Origin: the human T2T-CHM13v2.0 reference genome, Homo sapiens
Length of the DNA stretch: 64,000 nucleotides
NCBI RefSeq assembly: GCF_009914755.1
Contig: NC_060927.1
Strand: one strand, 5' to 3'
The notes below the pieces were generated by a model. That model saw only the letters and a program-made list of their open reading frames with translations. It searched no databases and was not told the origin of the DNA. Positions 52,706 through 64,000 of this stretch are shown here, in pieces. Every line of letters begins with the position of its first letter. Position 1 is the first letter of the stretch. The translations under genes and the position numbers were made by a program.

Positions 52706-53075
52706 ATGTATACATGATTTATATTTGATCATAAGCTTCATGAGTGGAGTGACTGAGTCTGTCTTGTTCATGTCTGTATTCCCTAAATATAGCATAGTTC
52801 CTGGCATTTAGTAAGCAAGTAGTATATCTATTTACTCATTGAATAATATTCATTGAACACCCATTATGTTCTGGACACTATTTCTAGATACTGGGAATAC
52901 AGGATTAAAGAAGAAAGAAAAAAAGAAAGTTTCTGCTCTCATAGTGTCATATTCTATTAGGGAATAATAAGTGAGCAAATAAGTAAAACACATGGTATAT
53001 ACTTTGAGGGGAAAAAAATAAAGCTACGTAAGAGAAGGAAAGCAATGCAGATGAGATGCTACCAGATACGGGTGA

Positions 53076-53490
53076 TTGTAGAAGCTGTGCTGTGACACCC
53101 AGTTCCCGCTTTAGGATGAGGAACTCATTTCCCCAGCTGGCATGAATGTTGACTGCCGAGGGCTCACAGCTATGTCCTCTCCTGGACTTGGTTTTGGTAG
53201 AAGGAAGCTGCTTTGCCCAGGGTTTTGCCCCTTTCTAGGGACAGCATATATCCAGTAACTGGTTCATACAGTGGTACAGATCTCTCTTGCCTCAACTGGA
53301 ACAATTCTGAGGGTCCATCCCAGCTCCAGAACTCTCTGTAGGAGGAACTGAGGTCTCTGTTGCAATCGCATCAACAGTACAACTTCTCCTGTTTCTCAAT
53401 ACTTTTTCCTTCAACCTCATTTATCACAGATGTTGATCCCAAACACACTTGCCAATGTATCTCCTCATGCAAATATTGGAGTCTCAGAGT
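53076..53490 (+). mobile_element. LTR16-like ERVL LTR
   Basis: GGGCTCACAGCT...CAATTCTGAGGGTCCATCCCAGCTCCAGAACTCTCTGTAGG...ACAGATGTTGATCCCAA...GTCTCAGAGT. Confidence 0.65.
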
Positions 53491-53507
53491 GAGCAGAGGA
53501 AAGATAG

Positions 53508-53846
<339 letters not shown>

Positions 53847-53859
53847 TAGGTATATAATA

Positions 53860-54235
53860 GGTATTTGACATGAGACTGGAGTTCAGGGGAGAGGTACAGC
53901 TGAGGATATGAATTTGGAAATGTCAGTTACAGTCAAAGCCAAAGGACTACATAAAAATCACTTAGGGAATAAATAGAGAATAAGTCTCAACAATAGAATT
54001 TTGGAGATCCCCAACATTTAGAGATCAGGAGGAATGGGAAGAATCAGTAAAAATTTAAAAGAAGAAGCCATTGAGATAGTGGATCCATAGAATAGTGTCA
54101 TGGTAACCAAGAAGGAAAAGTTCCTCAAGGAGGGAATGAGCAACTGGGTCAAATGCTACAGACAAGTTAAGCTGATGAAAACTGTGAATTGATATTAAGA
54201 CTTGGCAACATGGAGGTTATTGGTGACAGTAACGG
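53860..54235 (-). mobile_element. L2 fragment
   Basis: GACTGGAGTTCAGGGGAGAGGT...GTCAAATGCTACAGA...TTGGCAACATGGAGGTTATTGGTGAC. Confidence 0.7.
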
Positions 54236-55792
54236 TTCCAGTGAAAAGATGGACAAGGGTGTTGATTTATTGAATGAATATAACACATGTTATGAGACAA
54301 GATTTATTAAATGTTTATTATGTTCACAGGATATATCTGTACTTCTTTCATATTTGAGAGGGCAGGTAATCTATATTCCCAGTTCCTAGATCGATGCCTG
54401 CCACACAGTTGTGCATAGTGCATACTTTTTTAATGAATGAATCACATCGTATCATTTTTCTAAATGCAAGCATCACTTACCTAACAGTATCAAATTTTAA
54501 ACAGGAAATTAGATTATAATCTTTCCCCTAATTCAACTGCCTCTTTTACTACTCAGTATGCCGTGGCTAAGGAGATTACCACACAGCTAAGCCTGGGACC
54601 AAAACCCAAACCTCTGAAGTTGAGTTCCTCATTTTGTCTGCTACAACTTTTGCTTTATGTAACTTTATGAACCTCAGATCACCTTTGGTTCAAAGTAGAA
54701 AAATATCAAAAAATTTTTTTCTTGATGTTAAAATAGCCACACACTTAATTCCTCAGTGAGATCTCTTAGTGTTTCTAAAGAGATTAAATTGTGTGAAACT
54801 TTCTGATTAAAATTTTTACTTTTTAATTCTGTGTTTTCATTGATAAAATACTAAGGAGTCTAGATTGTGCTAAGAGTTTCCACATTACTTCAAAAGTAAC
54901 CATTTGCAATAGGACAGCATGGGGTTTTGTTTCTGTTCTTCTCATTTCAAGCAAAAAGTTATCTTGCTTGATTCTTTTTAGTTAAATCTTTGAGAGGACA
55001 AAATACAAACCTTATCATTTGAACAAACCTTAAAGCTCTCTCATGTGCCTGTTGATTTTCCTAAAAAATGATTTTCAATGATGCAATCTGAACTGAGATA
55101 AATTAACATTGTGCTAGTCACTTGTAGTCAGAAGAGTTTAGTTTATTTTCAAGGAATCTAAGTATTTAACACCAATAAACAGACAGTAAAAAATGCAGTA
55201 TTGTGAAATTTCCTAATTTATGGGGACAGATTTTTAATGTCACACTCAGAAAAATACTACTTGTGGGTAACATCATTGAACCAACCTTTGGCAGAAACTT
55301 CAAAAAGCAACTGTCAAATGTCAAATCATAGACTAAATCATAATTTTATTCTGGTAAGTTTTACTTATCGATACTGTGATCCAGCTGCCAAAATCAAAAG
55401 TATAATTTACTTGTCTCATTGGCTATGTTATACTTTTTTTCTGGAAGTGTCGGATAGTCTAAGAAAAAACAGAAAATGTCAGCTGTATTCAGTTTGGTCA
55501 TGGAGCAAATGAACAAGCATGAAGTCAGCCTCTTTATTTTTAGTCTACCCAGGCCAAGTTAAAGGAAGCCATTACTTAGATCATTCAGCCTTCAAAACCT
55601 GCTATGCAACAAAATTATTCAACGTATTTTAATAAAGTTTATTTTAAAGCATAAATAAGGTTCATTTGTAACTACCAATGTAATAATTGATTTAGGCAAA
55701 GGTTGTCAATGGATACAAAACCCACCGGATGAAAAGTAGTTGGGGAACAGGAGATTCACTCAACTTCAATGAAGCATCCAACAGAGTGCTTA

Positions 55793-56138
<346 letters not shown>

Positions 56139-57179
56139 TGAAACTTTTATAATGGAAAGATGCAGTAGACACACACATGTGCACACAAGGATGCACCTAC
56201 ATTTATACGTATATATGTATACACACTTAACTTTTAAAATTTTACACACTTGCCTGCAACTTGCCTTTTTCATCCAGCAATACTGGTAGAATTTCCAAAT
56301 CAACTGATAAGCCCCTAATTCTCCATCTCTTTTTTAATGACTGGACAGTCTATGGTTATGGATATAGTGAGACTTATTCATCCAGCTCCTTCACTGAGGT
56401 GCGTTTACTTTTCCCCCAGTTTGCTGCCTTTACATACCATACTATAAAATAAGCATCTCATACATACATCATATGTTCTGATCCTTAATTACAATAAAAT
56501 TAACACCTAAGAGTAGGTCAAAAGTATAAGTATATTAGATTATATTATAAAATATATATAATTAATATATCTTATATTAATACACATTACAAGATTGCTT
56601 TTCAAATGGGCTGATAACAGTTCATAGTGTTCTACAAAAAAAAATAATATATGAAATTATTCTTCTTCCCCGGTGTTATTCCCATGGACAGTAGGTATTA
56701 TTGCTCTATCATTTTCCTGCTTTGATGGAGTAGAAAGTGATACCTCATCAGGGAGAGAATTTGCATTCTCTCATGATGATTCAGCTTATGCACTTTAAAA
56801 ATATACTTATTCATCATTTGTCTTTGCTCATCATATGTTTTCGCTATTTTTCTATCAGATTATTTGCCATTCCTTGTTAATGTCTAAGATTACCTTATGT
56901 TACCAGGAATATTCATGTTTTGTCATCTTATCAAAACTATGTTCAAGTATGTGACTTTCTCAATTGATCTTATTTATGGTTTCTTTGCCCATATATTTTT
57001 AATGTTATGTATAAATATGTATCTATGCATAGATAAGGAAATATACCTTTGGGACTTCCCATCTTAGTGAAGAATGGCTCCTATACCAATAGAAGGAGAA
57101 AAATCATTTTAATTTTCTTTTTTATAAGTGTTTTACATTCCCTGTCAAATTTATTTCTACATTTTTTGTTTTTATTCTT

Positions 57180-57783
<604 letters not shown>

Positions 57784-57823
<40 letters not shown>

Positions 57824-57829
57824 TATTAT
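57784..57829. repeat. (TTA)n trinucleotide repeat
   Basis: TTA run with one C interruption. Confidence 0.92.
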
Positions 57830-57891
57830 TTTGAAGTTGTGTTAGCTTCCCGAGGCTGCCACAACTGGGTGGTTTAAAGCAACAAAAATTT

Positions 57892-58206
<315 letters not shown>

Positions 58207-58406
58207 TTATTGTTTTATGGTTCTGAAGGCCAGAGTCTAATATCCAGGTATTGGTAAGGCTGAACTCCCTCTGGAGGGTCTGTGGGAGGATGCTTCCTTG
58301 CCTCTTCCAGCTCCTCCTGGCTGTATGCAATCCTTGACTTTTTTGGCTTGTGGCCACATCACCCCAATCCATGCCTCCATCTTCTCATTGTCTTCTACTG
58401 TGTGTA

Positions 58407-58765
58407 TATGTTAGTTCATTCTCATACTGCTATGAAGAAATACCTGAGACTGGGTAATTTATAAAGAAAAAGAAGTTTAACGAACTCACAGTTCCACATG
58501 GCTGGGGAGGCCTCACAATCATGGCAGAAAGTGAAGGAGCAAAGGAATGTCTTACATGGCAGCAGGCAAGAGAGTGTGTGCAGGGGAACTGCCCTTTATA
58601 AAACCATCAGATCTCGAGACTTACTCAGTATCATGAGAACAGCATGGGAAAATCCCGCCTCTATGATTCAATTACTTCTGACCAAGTCCCTCCCATGACA
58701 CGCAGGGATTATGAGAGTTACAATTCAAGATGAGATTTGGGTGGGGACACAGCCAAGCCATATCA
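58407..58765 (-). mobile_element. THE1 (THE1B/C-like) solo LTR
   Basis: AAGAAATACCTGAGACTGGGTAATTTATAAAGAAAA...GATGAGATTTGGGTGGGGACACAGCCAAGCCATATCA; near-TSD GTGTA/GTGTG. Confidence 0.92.
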
Positions 58766-58930
58766 GTGTGTCTATGTCTTTTTGTCCTTTGTCTCCCAAA
58801 TCTTCTGCCTTTTTCTTACTTATCCAATAAGTAAGTCTACATATTGGATTTAGGGCCAGTCTGATAATCCAGGTGATCTCTTCATATCAAGTTTCTTACC
58901 TGAATGGCATCTACAAAGACCCTTTCTCTC

Positions 58931-59205
58931 TTTTTTTTTTTTTTTTTTTTTTGAGACCTATCTTGGTGTAATCTCGGCTCACTGCAACCTCCGCCTCCCG
59001 GATTCAAGCGATTCTCCTGCCTCAGCCTCCCAAGCAGCTGGGATTACAAGCACACACCACCGCACCCAGCTACTTTTTTATATTTTTGGTAGAGACAGGG
59101 TTTCACCATATTGACCAGGCTAGTCTCGAACTCCTGACCTCGTGATCCACCTACCTTGGCATCCCATAGTGCTGGGATTGTAGGCATAAGTCATCGTGCC
59201 CAGCC
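58931..59205 (-). mobile_element. Alu (AluS) with a deletion near its 3' end
   Basis: T-tail GAGACC then a jump to ATCTCGGCTCACTGCAACC. Confidence 0.9.
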
Positions 59206-59319
59206 AATGACATATTCTTAAAGGAAAAATACGTAAGTGATATCTAGAAATCCTCCATGGAATACAAAAAATAGGTATTCTATGTTTGAGGAACTTAAAG
59301 TTCTCTCTAAATCTATATA

Positions 59320-59901
59320 CAGTTGACTCTCATTATTCGAGGTGAGCATGTCCTATAAAGTTACTGTGATGTTAAGTTATTGAATGCTGAACCGTAGGGG
59401 AAATACAGGGTTAGGTTCCTGTGTGCCTCTGGTCACAACATTCTCATCAACCTTGTTTAATATATATCGGTGATTCATTAACATCAAAGCTATGGCCAGC
59501 AGCACTATAACTCATGTCTGAACAAAGTTTATCTAACGTAAGTATTTGCTCTGCAAGGCACATCACAGCCCTCTTAAGCTCAGGAACACTAGACAGCAAT
59601 TCAGCATTACCCTTCAAGGCCATTTTACATAGTGAAATTCTCAGCAAAAAGCACAAAAAGGCAGACAATGTGGCACTAAATAGACTGCTAAAAAGACACT
59701 TCTTTACAGTATAAGAGCTGGAATAAGAAGGCAGAGTTTCACCTTGTTTAACTTCAGTTGAGAACATGTGCACCAGGCAACTCAAATTTTTTTGTCACTC
59801 TGCACATGTCTGTGACTGTCAGCAGTGTCAGGCGTATTGATGTGCTAGTTACAAATAAATTTTAGCAAGTAGGCAAATTTGCAAATAATGAGAACCAACT
59901 G
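59320..59901 (-). mobile_element. TcMar-Tigger internal-deletion element (MER82-like)
   Basis: TIRs CAGTTGACTCTCATTATT / AATAATGAGAACCAACTG with TA TSDs (59318-59319 and 59902-59903); minus ORF encodes a Tigger/CENP-B-like N-terminal HTH remnant (KRAVMCLAEQILTLDKL...FDVNESPIY). Confidence 0.85.
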
Positions 59902-60080
59902 TATCCATATAAAATCAAGCTTCAAGCTTCATGATTGTATTATTAAATTTCTCAATGTCTCTCTCTCTCTCTGTCGGAATTAGCCAATTCTGGTATTCAA
60001 ATCATTTACTGTAATTTTTTTAAGTTATATTTCCAATAATTTTTAATTATATTTAGCTGCTATGTTTTTTATGCATATAA

Positions 60081-60464
<384 letters not shown>

Positions 60465-60763
60465 TTTATTTTATTTTTTATTTTTTGAGTCAAGGTCTTG
60501 CTCTGTCACCGAGGCTGGAGTGCAGTGGTGTGATCGCCACTCACTGCAGCCTTGACCTCCAGGCTCAAGCAGTCCTCCCACCTCAGCCTCCCAAGTAGCT
60601 GGGACTACAGGTGTGTGCCACAACACCCAGCTAATTTTTAATGTTTTTGTATAGGCAAAGGCTCACTATATTCCCCAGTCTTAAACTCCTGAGGTCAAGG
60701 GATCCTCCTGCCTTGGCCTCCCACAGTGTTGGGATCACACGTGTGAGCCACTGCACCCAGCCT
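60465..60763 (-). mobile_element. Alu (AluJ-like)
   Basis: CTGCAGCCTTGACCTCCAGGCTCAAGCAGTCCTCCCACC J-type motifs. Confidence 0.88.
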
Positions 60764-62038
60764 CGGTTTAGATATTTTAATTTTAAATTCCATTAAATTT
60801 AAGTTTTATGACATTAATAGCACCAAACTTGCTTTGAGATTTTACTGTTTACATTTTTACATTTTATTGTTACCTGCCCTTTCCCAGCTCTCACATATAA
60901 TCAAACATGTATTTTATTATATGAAAATAAGACACCAACTTTTCCCCTACTGGGAAATTGTATTACTCCACTGCTCTCCCCACCCATAACTTACAGCTTA
61001 AAGAAGACTTTTTATTGCAATTCTCTCCTCTCTCACCTCCAAACAGGTGAAGGCTTTGGAATATTTTTGCTTCCTTTTTTCTCATATCCCTCCTTACTAC
61101 AATTCTTCAATTCTACTGAGGTGGTTTAATTCTTTAAATCCAAAGTTTTTATTAGAACTTTCCTTTTATATGCTCCTCTATTTCTAGAGTCTTTGTTTAG
61201 TACTTATGTTACACACTCCCAGCATATCATTGTCCATTTTTTTTAATTAGTTATCAAAAATTCATTGCTCATTACGGCTTTCGCTCTTCTTCTTTTTATT
61301 AGTTGTTGCTTTTATGAAGTTTTTTTTCTAATATTTTTCCCAGTTGAGTAAGGTTCATGACTTCTCTGAATCCTTACAAACCTTCAAATATCATTCTTTC
61401 ACCCTTACAGGTGAAATATATCTTGGAGTCGAAAACGTACTCCACTGACTTCTAGCTTCCAATGTTGCAAAGGAGAAATTTCAGTACCAGTCTAATTTCT
61501 TTTCTTTTATAAATAACTTACAAGCTTATACTCAGAAAGAATGAGATTGTTTGTCTTTATCTTTGGAGTACAAAAATTTTATTAGGATATATATAGCCAT
61601 AGTGCATGTATATATATAATCCTTTCTCAACATTTCTGCCTGAAACTTGGCATCTTTTCTTCAGTCCAGGTAAATCTTCATTTCGTTTGTTTTCATGCTT
61701 CATTTTCTTCTTCGTGCACATCATTTTTTCCTTCTGGAACGCCTATTGTTTGCATGTCGGTTCTCTTAAACCCCTCCTGCATCTCTCTACTCATGCTTTA
61801 CTTTCTTTCTCTCTAAGCTTTGAAATATTTCTTGCATCCAGTTTCCAGGCTACTAGTTGGATTTCAAGCGTAACCATTTTCTTCACTATTGAACTTTACA
61901 TTCAAAAGCTGTAAAATTTGAAATTGGAGCCTAAAATGCACCTATAATTCACATAACGACATTTTTAGAGGAAAATCTATGGAAATAATTGTTGCTATGT
62001 GTAAAAGTCTTGTTTTTAATATATAAATTAACATTTTA

Positions 62039-62306
<268 letters not shown>

Positions 62307-62648
62307 AGAATTTAAAAGTTCAAGAAATGCTGCTGGTCTGAAATATGCATTAAAAGCCACACCTTAGATATCGAACTCAGAATCTTGTTAAAAATCAACA
62401 AGAGATTGACAAACACTCAAGGTACAAATTACAACACTATAATAATTATTGAATATTGCCAAGTTGGAGAAGGAGAGAGAAGCAGAGAGAATAAGGAAAT
62501 GTACACAATTTACATGAAATGTTGAAAATCTTTGAAGTCCAGGTAATACCAGTTGATCTTATTAAAGCCACACCCTTTGAAATCACAACAGAAGCAGATG
62601 AATTTTCCAGAGCATAATTTTTAAGGAGAAAACCCTCTCTACATTTTT

Positions 62649-62684
62649 TTTATTATACTTTAAGTTTTAGGGTACATGTGCACA
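62649..62684 (-). mobile_element. Extremely 5'-truncated L1PA-type insertion (36 bp)
   Basis: TTTATTATACTTTAAGTTTTAGGGTACATGTGCACA is the reverse of the primate L1PA 3' terminus; TSD ATTTTT. Confidence 0.75.
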
Positions 62685-63124
62685 ATTTTTAATGTTTCTG
62701 AGAACTACCACACACACATACTAAGCTATATACATGCTGTGACTATTTTTATTTTTAAGAGGGGGTGGCAGTCAAGACAATGTGGTTTCTTTTACAGGTA
62801 ACACTACAATTCAATTTTAATGTCTTTTTCCCTCTCATGTCACCTTTATTTTTTGGTTCTTTTGAATAACAAGGAAAAAGATAAATCGAGAGTCATAAAG
62901 AGTTCTTTGGGGTAAACTGAGGGGATATAACCACCTAATTATGAATTTCCTGAATGTGCAACTTGACCAGCAGCAACTGGACGTGATTAGTATGGTGGGC
63001 CTCACCTCCAGCTGTTCTACAAAAACAAGTCAGTGAAGGATTTCCAAGGCACATTTTCCTCTGGACTTGTTTTAAGTTTAACAATGCAAACAGTGCATGT
63101 TGCTCTTTTTTTTTTTTTTAATAG

Positions 63125-63369
63125 GTGACAGATTGTCAGAAAAGAAACAAGAGTTTTCTACAACAAAAAACTGGCTTATGGAACATATACTTCTGCTTGA
63201 GTTGAATGTGTTGGGCTGAGTGTAAGAAAATGCAAGCTGCAAATCTGTCTTACATGTGGAACCAAAGCTGGAAATGTGTGCTTTAGAGGCAACTGTAAAA
63301 TTGTATTTCCTTCTGGCATATGGGCCAATGATTATGTTGTGTGAGTAATGCATAGATGTAATCCATGTG
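63125..63369 (+). ncRNA. Candidate downstream exon of the same plus-strand non-coding transcript (3' boundary uncertain)
   Basis: T-rich tract + AATAG| acceptor at 63124; unique sequence; possible donor GTG|GTAAGC at 63369/63370, or a terminal exon running on. Confidence 0.4.
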
Positions 63370-64000
63370 GTAAGCTTTGTGGATGAAGAAAATGTCAGTG
63401 TTATTGGCTGAGGCTTGGCAAGCATTAGCCATGTGTTTAGAAAAATTTACATGGCCTGAAACAATGCAAAAAATGTACTGTCCTGTTTGTCAGCTTGTGA
63501 ACATAGCAAAAAACCACAGCACTCCCATCAGCACAAACACTGAGGGAGAAAATCTCTCTTGCTGTTTTCCAGTTTATGTTTATAGGAAAAGGATGTTTGC
63601 CTTACAACAAGGGGATTTATGCTTAATGGATACTAACTTTTACCAAATCACAAAATCTAAATAGGCATTTGTAGAATGAGAGATCCAAAAACTCTGGCAA
63701 TATGATATACTAAGGGGAAAATCAGAAATCTTTATAGATTTTACTATTACTGTGTTCAGATCAATTTTTAATTGCTTTTAGCTATGGCTTCTTGAGCTTC
63801 AAAATAATTGTGGAATGTCTTCACTAAGTACACAGTAGCATAAATTCTACAGGATGTTGTACAGCTCTGTAGAGGGAAAAACCACCATGAAGATAAATGA
63901 CCTTGGAGGACCCCATTAATCTTTGTAAATAGCAAGATGTTATTTAGCCATCTATTTTTTTCTTAAACCCAAAAGCATTTAAAAAACAGAATATTTAAGT

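Overview
Primate, almost certainly human, non-coding genomic DNA: about 40 Alu copies (including two near-perfect AluYa5), plus L1, L2, MIR, MaLR/ERVL LTRs, DNA-transposon fossils and simple repeats. I cannot support any protein-coding exon. The supplied ORFs are Alu-, L1-, L2- or Tigger-derived, or chance frames. Splice signals suggest a plus-strand non-coding transcript (exon 51041-51196, acceptor at 63124/63125) and possibly a minus-strand 5' exon ending at 302. I could not name the locus from sequence alone, and I see no evidence of a novel biological system. The most notable items are small-scale: a 45-bp locally templated insertion inside a Tigger4a/MER46-type element, two very young AluYa5 insertions, an Alu junction that looks like a deletion scar, a 36-bp L1 micro-insertion, a near-perfect 35-bp VNTR and two hairpins. 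Repeat subfamily names come from recalled consensus motifs and need RepeatMasker/Dfam confirmation.
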